From: Epithemia pelagica
Lineage: Eukaryota; Protista; Bacillariophyta
NCBI GenBank assembly: GCA_946965045.2
Contig: OX337229.1
Coordinates: 3,410,001 to 3,474,000, forward strand
DNA: 64,000 nt
Reading direction: 5' to 3'
A program made the position numbers and the translations under genes. The notes beneath the pieces were generated by a model that was given only the letters and a program-made list of their open reading frames with translations, was not told the DNA's origin and made no database searches. Within the stretch, counting starts at the first letter, position 1. Every line of letters begins with the position of its first letter. Positions 44,728 to 56,246 of the stretch are shown piece after piece.

Positions 44728-45668
44728 CGAGCTCCATCAATCGATATGGGTAACCGTAGTGGCCCGTGCTTTTCATACCCCCACTGTTTTTTCTACAGTG
44801 ATTCTTACTTCGTAGGGACACCACCACGGTCATTTTGCACTGCGTAACACCACCATGACACACTCAAGCCGGTGTGCACCTCCAACGAAAGGTGCCAGCT
44901 CTCTTGCGACCATCAAGGATGCCTAAGAATCAAGTGTACCGTGAGGGAATGGGCGGGCAGGGATGAGTTGGCTTTTTTTATGGACCGACGGCAAGGTTTT
45001 GAAGTCTTCTGATCGAACGAACGAACGAATGAACAAACAACAACAAAAACAACACTCGGCAACAACAACAACAACAACAACCCCCACGCAACAATCAACT
45101 ATTCGCTGTCACCGAACCCTCTGCCCGAGACTGTGCCCTTCAACAACAGCAAGCGGTGACAACGACAAGCGACGACAACGGCATGCGACAAGACAGCAAG
45201 CGGCAACAACGACAAGCGGCGACAACGACAAGCGACGACAGCGACATCCGACGACAATGACATACTCAACAATCAACTGCTCGTTTCGGCCAAACGGCAA
45301 AACATTCGGCGACCACGGCACGGCAACAGCACCATACTCAACACCGAAACGATTGCCTATTGTACGACCTACGACACAGAGAAGCATGTACTAAGCTAGA
45401 TAGATGTTCTGTACTAGTAGCTGTTTATATGCATACTCGTAGAGGAGGCGGGTTGATTATTGTGCTAGCGCCGCCTCACCATGGTGATGGTGTGGGTGCA
45501 GTTGGTGAGAAGAATCTCGCAACAAAATGTGCAAGAGAATGAGGGCAATTCATTTTACTTTAGGAAAATGTATGGTGTAGTGAATCTCGTAGGGCCGGAA
45601 GTTCAACCGAGTATCGGAAACGTGAAGCACGGGCCACTACGGTTACCCATATCGATTGATGGAGCTCG
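44728..45668. mobile_element. Non-autonomous Tc1/mariner-type element B, 941 bp, TA TSD; same family as A
   Basis: Perfect 44-bp TIR CGAGCTCCATCAATCGATATGGGTAACCGTAGTGGCCCGTGCTT. TA at 44726-27 and 45669-70. Subterminal blocks are shared with element A. Confidence 0.88.
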
Positions 45669-47499
45669 TACTAAGTAGCAACTAGTATTTAATTCCCAAG
45701 ACATTTTCTATTTTCTAGCTCCCTTGAAATTGAAAGTTGATTGATGAATGACTTTCTTTTTTCTTCATACAAAAATAATATTGATCATTGACCATGGACT
45801 TTACGGCACGGTGAGACCACGGATTGGTCTTTGGTCTACGAGTAGGTATTGAGAGAATCAGTCCGAGTTTCATCGGAACTTTGATTTTTGTGATGATTGG
45901 TACCATTGATCATGAGGTTGAGATTCAATCGGATATGGTTTATAGTTCACGGTGCATGATGCATGATACGGAGAAGCAGTTTGTGGCGTACATGGAGAAG
46001 TAGTATGCGAATAAAGAACACAAGTGAATGAGAACATCCGAAAGATGAACGGTAAGTGGGAGGAAAACCGTTGGGAAATGACGTGATTCGTGATTTTGCC
46101 CATGATCAAGAATTTTTTGAGTTGACAAGCCTCGTCAAGTTGGCACCAAATTATCAGCATTACTGAACAGGCATCAACGTTGATCTGAAATCTGAAATCG
46201 CATCAACGGAATCGCTGTTGTATCATTCCAACAGAGCATTGAAAATAGAAACCACTGATCACTAATCCGTAATCGAAGAAATGAATCGATGTATTCCAGC
46301 GAGGGATGTGTATCCGTTATCCGTTATCCGTTCACAAGCCATTCGATACCAGACATTCATCTCAGAACAAACATCATATCAAAAATTGGATCGCGAACTG
46401 GGTTCGAGAGACAAAAGTTATTACCCCACGACAGTACGAACCACTTGAAGCGAGGGAAGAAATAATAGGGAGTATCGATGCTGTTCCTCGGAGTAATAAT
46501 CTCTTACGGGATGTGGGATGTAACATTGCAAGGGAAAATAACGACAAACTCCATACTCCATTTGCCTGCTTTTTCTCCGAACACAGGAGTGTGCCTTATG
46601 ATGAGGCGTCTCGAAAATGAAATCCAAGATTTTAATGCCTTTAAGTTTGAGACAACCACCACAAAAGGGCAAATCTACGAACAGCTGCATTGAAAGAGAT
46701 TTCCTCTTCTGGACATTACATACGAGTGTGAGATCAGGTGGAGATTGGAGAGAACGATAGCAAAGAGTGTTTCATCCTCATCTGAGATGTTTTTGGGCTC
46801 ATTTTTTCAAAAAATGCGAAGGAATCTCCACAAACTAGAAAGTAGGGCGCAGGCGCAACCAGGGGTGGTCCACGCATGCGCTACAATAGCTATATAAATG
46901 TGCACGTGTGGAAGTAACGCAATCCCAGGCCCAGCCCCTTGTCCGCGACGCTGAATGCCACACACACCATCATCCCACCTGCCACACAAAAACTAGCAAA
47001 TTCATCGGATAGGAAATTTCGGACGAGAAGTCCGTGGTGGTAATCCGGCACAATATATGTACTTGAAAATTGGCGGGAAGGATCCGTTTTGTGCCATGGG
47101 ACTTCGATTCGCCTTGAAACCTTTAGGAGACCGCGTGCGTGTGCACGTGCATATGTCAGGCACGCGCTATTTTACAAGTAGGCCGTCCTATCGTCAGATA
47201 AGGTATGACATGGGATAGACAAATCCGGCGATACTTTGCTCCTGCCGACGTTCTCTTTTAGCGGCAGCGCATTCTCAGGAAAATTCTTTGTAAGCGCATT
47301 CTCAACAACAACAACAAACAAACCACACACAAGGCAAAGGAATGCCGAAAGAGAAGATCAACGGAAGGATGAACTGATGATTCATGCAAGCTTCATGGTC
47401 AAATAACGCAATCGCTAATAAGTTACTGAGTGGAAGGATAACTTGTTGGCTTGAATCAACGACCGAGACAGAAGTGAAGATAGCGCGGAGTGGACGACG

Positions 47500-49365
47500 A
47501 TGGCAGAGGCCCCTTCTTCTTCTTCATCATTTTCATCAGCTCCAACTGATAATTTGGGTACACCTGTGGGGAAACGGCCCCGAAGCGAAGTTTTCTTCCT
47601 TGTGGTTAGGAAACAACCACCTGGATTCGTTTATCCGAATGAACGATTCGAGTTGGAGTTTGCAATTGATGGAGGGAGTTCTTCCTCCGCCAGCCCCCCG
47701 ACCGATGTGGAAGTTTTGGCATCGATTATCAACATCAACCCAACATCCATTGCGTCTGAGTGCTCGCTTGAAGTGATAGCAGCTCCGAGGATTTCACCAT
47801 CGCGAAAGACGGGCACCATAAAGTGTTTTATCCGCAGTCCCAGAGTTTCAAGGCGACATGGCTGTTCCATGCAGATACATCTACGAGTGAACGATGATTC
47901 TAGAGGTATCGCACCATGCACAACAAGAACAATATGTCTGGTGAATTCGAAAATTCTCGTTTCGATGACCTCCGATTGGACCGAAAGCCCTTACACATGG
48001 TTTAAGGACGAAGGGGGACGTGATAAATGTATGGAAGGGGATGTCACCTTGTGGAACGAGCGAAACGAGAATGTCAAAGAAAGTTTGCTTCTCGACTTGA
48101 CTCTATGCTATGATGGAGACAACAAGGTTGCTGTTTCGAAACAAGAACTTCTTAGAAGAATTGGGGCTGAGCAAATGCTACAGATTGATGAAAGCACAGG
48201 TTCCGCGAAAATACGATTCAGAGTTGAAGATGTATCAAAGAATCACCAGAGACAAAATTTTGTCGTTAAAATATCGCCAGCAAAGGCCACCATTCGAGAT
48301 ATTGCGCCTGCCTTTACTCCTCCAGTCTCCGTCCGATCGAAACGGAGTCGTCATAAACAGAAACAAGGGCTCGCGCGTCCCTCACCCCCAGATCCCCAAC
48401 CTGAACTCTCTCCACCCAGCGATTCAGGAAGACGATCCAGTAGTTTGAGCGAAATTGGTGGATTCGAAGGATTGGACCCGATACGGCTCAGGAACGCTGT
48501 ACAAGCCATCGTCCGCTGGGCTGATGACGTTGTGAACAGTCTTTCGTGGATGCAATGGAAGTTTATCGGATATGAGCACAGACCTGATGGCAGTGTGGAC
48601 TTCAATCGTCCTCTTCACAACTTCCCCAATCCAAATCCTACGATTGAACGTGTACTTGCTCTTTATCACGACTCAGTTCGCTTCGACCTGGGTTATCTTC
48701 AGGGTGCGGTTGAGCAGAATACTTCAACACGTAGCGGCGCTTCAGCACCAGTAAGAGCTTCTGCTTACACTGCACCCACTTCACAATCGACCCAATCGGT
48801 TGGAGGCCAAATACAAACGCCATCATTTGCCAGTGGGATGGGATCACAACATTTCTCGCCATCTGCAGATTATGGCCGTTTCCCGGTGCCACACCAGCAA
48901 CAAACACAACCTTATAATCCATTTTTCTTCCCAGGTCAACCGCAAGCCCATGGTGCACAGCCTGCTCCCCGAGAAGAGTCACCAGTGGATGATAGAAAGG
49001 TTGCCAGCACGATTGATAGAGAAAGTGAGGTCGAATTTGTGCTTGCCAAACAGTACAAGTCGGTGCGGACGGGGGAGCCGCTTGGTTTCCCGGCCTTTTC
49101 TGCGGATCACGAAATTCTGGGGTTTTATCGAGAGTCTTCGACTGGCGTAGGGGCCAGCCATTTTGATCCAATTCAGCGCCATGATTTCCAGCCTGCAGAC
49201 AAACATGATGCGAGAAAAATTCTTGAAGAAGCTATCATCAGCAAATCAAGAGTTGTTCACGCTCGGAAAGACTGGGAGTCAATGGCGAGTCTGATAGATC
49301 ACTGCTTAGTTTATAGTTTCAGCAACGGCGGTATCGACTCGAACAGCAGCGATACAACGGGCTGA
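47500..49365 (+). CDS. Putative transcription factor with a CudA/STAT-like Ig-fold DNA-binding domain
   Basis: WFKDEGGRDKC, RFRVEDVSKNHQRQNF and PVSVRSKR core, followed by a Pro/Gln-rich region. Confidence 0.5.
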   Translation: MAEAPSSSSSFSSAPTDNLGTPVGKRPRSEVFFLVVRKQPPGFVYPNERFELEFAIDGGSSSSASPPTDVEVLASIININPTSIASECSLEVIAAPRISPSRKTGTIKCFIRSPRVSRRHGCSMQIHLRVNDDSRGIAPCTTRTICLVNSKILVSMTSDWTESPYTWFKDEGGRDKCMEGDVTLWNERNENVKESLLLDLTLCYDGDNKVAVSKQELLRRIGAEQMLQIDESTGSAKIRFRVEDVSKNHQRQNFVVKISPAKATIRDIAPAFTPPVSVRSKRSRHKQKQGLARPSPPDPQPELSPPSDSGRRSSSLSEIGGFEGLDPIRLRNAVQAIVRWADDVVNSLSWMQWKFIGYEHRPDGSVDFNRPLHNFPNPNPTIERVLALYHDSVRFDLGYLQGAVEQNTSTRSGASAPVRASAYTAPTSQSTQSVGGQIQTPSFASGMGSQHFSPSADYGRFPVPHQQQTQPYNPFFFPGQPQAHGAQPAPREESPVDDRKVASTIDRESEVEFVLAKQYKSVRTGEPLGFPAFSADHEILGFYRESSTGVGASHFDPIQRHDFQPADKHDARKILEEAIISKSRVVHARKDWESMASLIDHCLVYSFSNGGIDSNSSDTTG

Positions 49366-49663
49366 AAAATTTTTTGTACGACTATTTGAGAATTCATAAC
49401 ATCAAAGAGCGCGCTTTTCAGTAAATGATGACGGCAACTGGCAAATTCAGTCATGTTAGCGTAGCAACTTCTCGGAACAATGGACGCTGTAGCTTGAGGT
49501 CGAGCTAACGCCGATCGATGTCCCCACGATCTGCGAGATGGAGGGCTGAGACGATGACTTTAATTACAACCTGTCTGTGTCTATGAGTAATGGAGTGCCT
49601 CTAATTTGTGGGAAAACTGGTACCTCTATGCGGGATAACAGATCTTTGTCCAGATTCGATTGC

Positions 49664-52501
49664 CTACGCTCCTGAACGGGCACGGCTAAAACCACTACTT
49701 GCGACTGAACTGTTTTCATCACCAGCAATGGAGCTTCCAGCGCCACCGCGCAAGTCAGACGGATTCTTGATCAGTCCTTTTTCCCGTAAGAACTTTAGTT
49801 GAAGCTGTCTCTGCATTTCAGATCGCTCTGCCAGCGAAAGATTCTGCGAAATCGAAGGGCACAAGAGGAAGGGGAAATACATCAGAAAAAGTGCATCGAG
49901 AGAAGAGCTATATTCAGAATGCGAGAAAAAAATACTCACCGAGACAGATTCAGTCGTTTTCTTTTCTTCAGAGTCAACCCTTGACCTCGAATCTGATACC
50001 CGAGAGAGCGGGGTGGCGTCCGTGTAATCAGTGACCCGAGTTGAATAAATAGATGTCGTATCGTCCCCATCATCGTCAGAGAACACGTCACTCGATCGCC
50101 CTAGCAATGCCTCTCCTACACGGCGCACAACGGAATTTTCAGCACTTGGAGTAGAGTCTCCAAGTAAGGCTTCTCCTACACGTCGAACGACCGAGTTTTC
50201 GGCAGAAGGAGAAGAATCTCCTCCACCCATCAACGCTTCTCCGACACGTCGAACAACTGAGTTCTCTCCGTCTGCTGCCGCAGGCGATTCTCCAATAGTT
50301 GAAGTCAGGACCGAAAACGGTGCCCGTTTGGCTTCTTCAACGGCTTTCACCACGTTGTCGTCGACCCGTACTTTCACAGGAGTGGATTGACGATCTGCAT
50401 TCAACCGCGCTCTCTCTGCGACAGACAATCTCTTCTCTGGGATTCCGCTCGTAGACATACTGTCTCTCACTCTGGTGTCGCTTCTGGGGGGCAATCCAAT
50501 CGGTGGCACTGAAGCACCGGATCGTGGAACTTCACCGCCGACGGGTGTACTAACTGCCGTTTGTTGGTCTGTTCCATTATCTCCGTTGCTGACACCAATA
50601 AAAGCTGGAGGGATCGCACGAGGAGACGGAACTTGCAATCTCGAACGTTGGGGTCGCAGATTGGTGTGTCCTCCGTCGCCATGGTTGAAATCACGTTGCA
50701 TTACTTCAAAATGGCGTTGAGTTCGGTCTTCTGTGAGCTCTGAAACATGGGATCGGTTGTCATCTTCTGCAGTGCTTCTCCTTCGTCTTAACTCAGAGGA
50801 CGAGATTGGGACAAGGCCCTCTACGACATCATCATCATCGTGCTCACTTGGTTGGCCATCATCTGATGTCCTAACGTAGACAATACTTCTCCGTCCAGCA
50901 GGTGAATGCTCATATCCAGCGACTGACCCACCTCCGTAAACGCTGCCACTGGCCGACATCATTTCCATAACGTTTTGCTGTACTTTCACTTGAGATTCAA
51001 TCTTCTCTACATATCTCTCGAGAAGTGCACTTTTTTGTCGTTCTTGTTCTTTCTGAAGGTTAAGCTTTTCTTCTTTGTGTTTCAGTACTCCAAGCTCCGA
51101 GTTTGCATTTTCCAGTTTCGTCCTTAGGTCGATGACTTCCTTTTTCAAAATTTTCTTGTGCTGCTGAAGCTCGGCCATTTTATTTCTCTGCTGTGTTTGG
51201 AACATGGTGATTTCCATTTTGGTGGAGCTCAGATCCTTTTGCACGTCTTGCAGCTCCTTTTGAGATTGTACATATTTTGCAGTCGCTGTTTCCAGTTGTG
51301 TTTCCCACTGTTTCTTTTCCTGTTCAAATTTGTTCTTCGTTTCAGAAAGCTCGATGGACAGATCTTGAACCTTCGCTTGGTCGGATCGACCAGTAGCTTT
51401 CAAGTCAGATTCAAGCTTTCGATTTTCTTCGTAAAGCTTCTCATACATATCCTCAATTCCTTTGGTGTACTCGAGCATCATTCGCACAGCCGCTTGTACT
51501 CCCAAGTCCTGTGCCCGCACAGTTTCCAAACTGGCTCTAAATTCCACCTTCTTCTTCTCCAATTCAGGACAAGACGACGACGGAGTCATTGCAGCCTCTT
51601 CCATTGAGCGCCATGTAGCACGGCGATGGTCTTCTTGTTGGGAACGGACACGGTAGAGTTCATCTTGAGCCTCCGACGCAGTCAAATGTGCTTGGTCGAG
51701 GTCCGAATGTAAGAGTTGTAATTGGGAGGCAAACCCATCACAAACTTGCTTGTACGCGTCACATTCATCCTCCAACGCCGAATGACGACCATTCAAGAGT
51801 GCAGAGGTCCATGATTCGCAGTCGTCCTCATTGGCGGCACAAAAATAAAAGGCTCGCAAATCTGGATTGACTTGGTCATCACCAGCAAGCTCCAAGACTA
51901 GTTCGTTGTATGTACTTCTATGAACAGTACTATAGCACTCCAGATCAATGATGCCCGATGGTTGCAAGGTCGCATATTTTGTTGAATCGGCCGTGACTGC
52001 AGCGGCGCCCTCCACATCGTGGTCGGCCGAGTCACCACCACTGCCACTGCCTCCCCCATCTTTGTTTGCAGTAGAAGATCCCTGGTTAAAGAGATATAGT
52101 GAAGACCTCTTCTCGTGTTGCTTTCGGTTTCCGTAGCCCTTTTGAACTGCACGGTTCCACTTTTCCTGTTGCTCAGGCGACGGATTTTGTTGCAGTTTGC
52201 TCGGTGTATCACCAGAACCGACTCCAATATTGGCATCAAAGTAGTAGAGGAACATATGTGGTACCACACAGCACCATCTTGCCTGCCATACATGTTGTTC
52301 ATTGCGTTTGTACAGCCAGCCACTTTTTGTCGCCAGCATCTGCAAGACTTCTGGTGATCGAGGAGGCGCACTTTTGATCGTACACACCGTGTTGAGGTTG
52401 GAGAACCATGAACTTGTCACTCCAGTCCGCGACAACACAGCTCTCTTTGCATCTTCTCCTGCTTGAGACAGCTGTGCGGTCAGACCTTGTTTGGCTGCCA
52501 T
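49664..52501 (-). CDS. PH-domain + coiled-coil protein; probable 96-nt intron 49844-49939
   Basis: SGWLYKRNEQHVWQARWCCVVPHMFLYYF...WTSALL (PH), long coiled coil, and ENSVVRRVGEAL x3. Confidence 0.85.
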   Translation of the reverse strand: MAAKQGLTAQLSQAGEDAKRAVLSRTGVTSSWFSNLNTVCTIKSAPPRSPEVLQMLATKSGWLYKRNEQHVWQARWCCVVPHMFLYYFDANIGVGSGDTPSKLQQNPSPEQQEKWNRAVQKGYGNRKQHEKRSSLYLFNQGSSTANKDGGGSGSGGDSADHDVEGAAAVTADSTKYATLQPSGIIDLECYSTVHRSTYNELVLELAGDDQVNPDLRAFYFCAANEDDCESWTSALLNGRHSALEDECDAYKQVCDGFASQLQLLHSDLDQAHLTASEAQDELYRVRSQQEDHRRATWRSMEEAAMTPSSSCPELEKKKVEFRASLETVRAQDLGVQAAVRMMLEYTKGIEDMYEKLYEENRKLESDLKATGRSDQAKVQDLSIELSETKNKFEQEKKQWETQLETATAKYVQSQKELQDVQKDLSSTKMEITMFQTQQRNKMAELQQHKKILKKEVIDLRTKLENANSELGVLKHKEEKLNLQKEQERQKSALLERYVEKIESQVKVQQNVMEMMSASGSVYGGGSVAGYEHSPAGRRSIVYVRTSDDGQPSEHDDDDVVEGLVPISSSELRRRRSTAEDDNRSHVSELTEDRTQRHFEVMQRDFNHGDGGHTNLRPQRSRLQVPSPRAIPPAFIGVSNGDNGTDQQTAVSTPVGGEVPRSGASVPPIGLPPRSDTRVRDSMSTSGIPEKRLSVAERARLNADRQSTPVKVRVDDNVVKAVEEAKRAPFSVLTSTIGESPAAADGENSVVRRVGEALMGGGDSSPSAENSVVRRVGEALLGDSTPSAENSVVRRVGEALLGRSSDVFSDDDGDDTTSIYSTRVTDYTDATPLSRVSDSRSRVDSEEKKTTESVSVSIFFSHSEYSSSLDALFLMYFPFLLCPSISQNLSLAERSEMQRQLQLKFLREKGLIKNPSDLRGGAGSSIAGDENSSVASSGFSRARSGA

Positions 52502-53008
52502 GGTGATTGATTGTCGTCGGCACCCTCTTGTTCTACCGACGAACACAACCACAAAAGTCTCTCTTGTTGTCTGTTGGGGTTGGTCGCTCACTTTGCGATG
52601 AGGTCATGCGGGCTCTCTCGCTATTTTATTTTTCTGGAGGACTTGGCTTTTCGCCAAGAGGGCAATTGTATGACAATATAGCGATCGTGTCTGCAGCACA
52701 TTATCATTGGCTAACGTTCTCTATTAGAGAATCAGTAAAAAAGCTACCCTTTGTCCTCCAAGTAGATCTAGAGGTACTCTATCAAGGTAGCTCTAACAGG
52801 AGAGATCAGTCGCGCTTGATGCTTCGCTTTCCACCTGGAAGCATTCCAGTTCGATGATTCAGTGAATAGAGGGAATCAAGAATCAAGAACGACCGAAGAA
52901 GAGATGTGGTCTTTGGCTTCAACATCAATCCAACATCAAAATCTCGCGAGACCCATACGACGTCCCCATCCATCTCTCTTGGAGACATACCATCGAATAG
53001 CGAACACA

Positions 53009-54310
53009 ATGCGTCTCTCTCTCGCCGTCTCCGCTCTTTGCTTGGGCTTGTCAAACCATGGGGTGCAGAGCTTTAGCGCTCAGCCAACCAGTAGCACACG
53101 CCTTCACTCGGCCGTCTCCGAAGATGTCGAAACGTTGGAAGCCGACGTGGACAACTCGGAAAGTTCCCCCTTGTTGATTAGGGCAGCTCGAGGGGAAAAG
53201 ACGGAGCGTACCCCTGTCTGGATGATGCGACAAGCCGGTCGTCATATCAAGGAGTATCGTGATTTGTGTAAGAAATATCCAACCTTTCGAGAACGATCTG
53301 AGATCCCTGAGGTCGCCGTCGAAGTGTCTTTGCAGCCATGGAGAAACTACAAGACCGACGGGTGCATCTTGTTCTCGGACATTCTCACTCCATTCCCTGG
53401 TATGGGAGTTGACTTCACCATCGATGAGAAGCTCGGCCCCATCACTGACCCTATTCGAAGCTGGGACGATGCCAAAAAGGTAGGATCCTTCGTGACGCTC
53501 CACGAGTGAATCTTTTTCTGTGAAACAAATTTTCCAAATTTCATTGTTCCTTTCATTTTTTGCCAGATTCATGCCATGGATCCTACCGAATCCATGCCTT
53601 TCGTCGCTGAAGCGTTGAAAAGTCTGAGGCAGGAAGTAGGCAAAGAAACTGCCGTCTTGGGATTTGTTGGTTGCCCCTACACATTGGCAACCTACCTTGT
53701 TGAAGGAAAGACATCAAAAGAGTACTTGGAGATTAAAAAGATGGCTTTGAATGAACCCGATCTGCTCCATTCCATTCTCAAACAGCTTGCCGACAACATT
53801 GGAGATTATGCCAATTTCCAGATTGAGAGTGGCGCGCAACTCATTCAAATATTTGACTCCTGGGCTGGCCACCTTTCTCCCAGGGACTACGATGAATTTG
53901 CGGCTCCTTACCAGAAAATGGTACTCGACAAAATCAAAGCCGAGCATCCTGAAGTTCCTACTGTTGTCTACATTAAGCATTCGGGTGCCTTGATTGAACG
54001 TATGGCTGGTACTGGAGTTGACGTCGTGTCCCTTGACTGGACGGTTGACATGGCTCAAGGCCGAGAACGGATAGAACAAGGCCGCCTTGCTGCTGGCTTG
54101 GAAGGACCTGGTGGAGTTCAAGGCAACCTTGACCCCGCCATTTTGTTTGCCAAGCACGAAGTGATTGAAGAACGGGCGGTGGAAATATTGAAAAAGGCTG
54201 GAAATGTTGGTCATGTCATGAATTTGGGTCATGGGATTGAGGCCGCTACTCCGGAGGAGAATGCCCACTTCTTTATTGAAACCGTCAGAAACTACCGTCA
54301 TGAAGAGTAG
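53009..54310 (+). CDS. hemE: Plastid uroporphyrinogen decarboxylase, exons 53009-53479 and 53567-54310
   Basis: [45 protein letters not shown], and NLGHGI. Signal peptide VQS-F; 87-nt intron. Confidence 0.96.
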
Positions 54311-54548
54311 TCATCTTAAATTGATAAACACTCTCCAATATTACTTGCCTTAGAGAAACTACTCGTGAAGAATTTTGTCCATTTCGAATTGAGAATACAA
54401 GCCCTAAGGACGCATAACTGCGATACTACCAATGTTTGGTGAAATGCTTGATCTATAAAAATGTTATTATTCGACTATGTTTTCATGGTTGAAACGGGCT
54501 TCTTGATGTTACTTGTCCATCGCTATCTATGGGACTCGTGTGGATCGA

Positions 54549-56246
54549 TTATACCACAAGTCTGCTCTCATTATCCTTTCCTTTCACTCCTGCTCCATCC
54601 TGTCGGAAAAAGTCTTTTACCCACTGGTCTCCTAGATCATCCAATGCATCCACGTACTCCGAGATGACTTTTTCTTTGTTGTTGAGACGGAACTTTCGCA
54701 TGGGGGAAGGATCTGATTTACAATCCTCTGAAAACTTGAAGGCCTTGACTTGGTAACCAGCTTTTATCAGGTTGAGACGGATCGTGTGACCGACATGAAC
54801 CCCAGTATTGTTCACCGGTTTGGAATGTCCCAGTTCCATGCGCACAAGTTTCAAGTTGGGAAGAGAGTTGGCCGAAAGCCTGAAATCGGGTGAGCCTACC
54901 TTGACGTTGCCAGTCACCAACGATGCTACTCGAAGTTCTGGTCGAGCCCAGGCATATCGGTAGGCCGCCAGTGTTGCCATGGCGCCACCAAAACCATGGC
55001 CCGCAAAGACGAAATCACAGAAAGGATTGTCCTCCATGAGTTGGTCCAACTTTCCAAAGAGCTGGGATTCAAGCTCGTGAAAGGCCTTGTATCGGTCCGC
55101 AAACACCGAGACATTCTTGTTGTCGCTCAACTTTACTGTGTCTGGTTGCTTCTCTAGTTTGCCTTGTTGCTCTGGAGTCGTGCCACGAAACACGCAGAGG
55201 AACTGTCGTTGACGCTCGAGAATGAGCACCTCTCGAAAGATTGCGGCGTCTCCATTGACAGCGCTCGATCGGATATAGCCTTGGACCTGAAGAAGATCTG
55301 TTCCACACTCCAAAAGAGCTTCTACAACCGGTCGATGAGTTTCTCCAAGTTTGAGTGTAGTAGGAGATGGTTTCCCTCCCACAAACATGGCAAGGTCACC
55401 GCTTGTGCAGCCCACCAAGGTTTCTAGATCAAGGACGCCTGTTTTCTCGGAACGATAAGATTCCAAAAAGGTGGACGCTCGGCATGTGTAACTCATTTCA
55501 CTTTTGGCAGGTATTTCCAGTTGCCACTCGGTCGCGTCTGCTTCCGATGATAAAACAACCTCTCTACCTGTAAGAAAGGAAGTAGGACGTGGTTTGGCAA
55601 GAGAAGGAATGGAGAGTTCTCCAGTGGGTTGCGAAGAGACAATAGTTCCCTTTCCTACATCCTGATCTTGCATCTCCCACAGTTCCTGAAGCATATCCGA
55701 GGAGAGCGAAGCGCGAGAGGAAGTTCTCGAGTGAGCAGGGGTTGACTTTTTGGATCGCGTTCCGGGAGACTTTTTCGATGCATTCCAGCCACTCAGGGCT
55801 GCCGGCATGGACCTGGTTCTATTGTGTTGAGTCCGCTTCTTGGAGGAGCTCTGTCGCGACCAGCGAGGGCCTTTGCTTGGTGGAGGAGTAACGTTTTTGT
55901 TGTTGCGAATGGCAGGAGAGCGAGAAGGCGTTTGAGCGCCTTCCAGGTCCTGCTTCTCTTCATTTTCTGGTTTGGCCTTTCCTCCAAACAGATTACTCCG
56001 ACTAGGTGACCGTTGCGATAGTTCCGAAGCAATGGCTCGAAGCTCACTGCGCAAATCTTCTTGATTCACAACATGAGCCACAGGCGTTGAATCACGATCC
56101 TCCGCAAAATTAGACTTGAGGCCCTCCAAGGCTGTCAGCTCATCGCGAAGCAGCGGGTCAAATCCCACCAAAGATTGGCTCTTTTTGTGGTGTCTCCCAA
56201 CGACGGGAGCCGTTGCGCTGGATACACCGTGGTTGAAGTCGTCCAT
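54549..56246 (-). CDS. Class-3 lipase-fold protein with degenerate nucleophile (GHGFGG)
   Basis: LCVFRGT and FVFAGHGFGGAMATLAA (canonical GHSLGG) behind a long disordered N-terminus. Confidence 0.75.
   Translation of the reverse strand: MDDFNHGVSSATAPVVGRHHKKSQSLVGFDPLLRDELTALEGLKSNFAEDRDSTPVAHVVNQEDLRSELRAIASELSQRSPSRSNLFGGKAKPENEEKQDLEGAQTPSRSPAIRNNKNVTPPPSKGPRWSRQSSSKKRTQHNRTRSMPAALSGWNASKKSPGTRSKKSTPAHSRTSSRASLSSDMLQELWEMQDQDVGKGTIVSSQPTGELSIPSLAKPRPTSFLTGREVVLSSEADATEWQLEIPAKSEMSYTCRASTFLESYRSEKTGVLDLETLVGCTSGDLAMFVGGKPSPTTLKLGETHRPVVEALLECGTDLLQVQGYIRSSAVNGDAAIFREVLILERQRQFLCVFRGTTPEQQGKLEKQPDTVKLSDNKNVSVFADRYKAFHELESQLFGKLDQLMEDNPFCDFVFAGHGFGGAMATLAAYRYAWARPELRVASLVTGNVKVGSPDFRLSANSLPNLKLVRMELGHSKPVNNTGVHVGHTIRLNLIKAGYQVKAFKFSEDCKSDPSPMRKFRLNNKEKVISEYVDALDDLGDQWVKDFFRQDGAGVKGKDNESRLVV

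Noticed and set aside
44963-45394. 143-aa ORF and its antisense ORF
   Set aside because: Same minisatellite inside element B.
46306-46693. Overlapping 70-104-aa ORFs in the long spacer
   Set aside because: No recognisable motif or splice structure; could be a relic but is unsupported.
53714-54301. 195-aa antisense ORF over hemE, and similar shadow ORFs over other genes
   Set aside because: Explained by codon bias of the sense gene.
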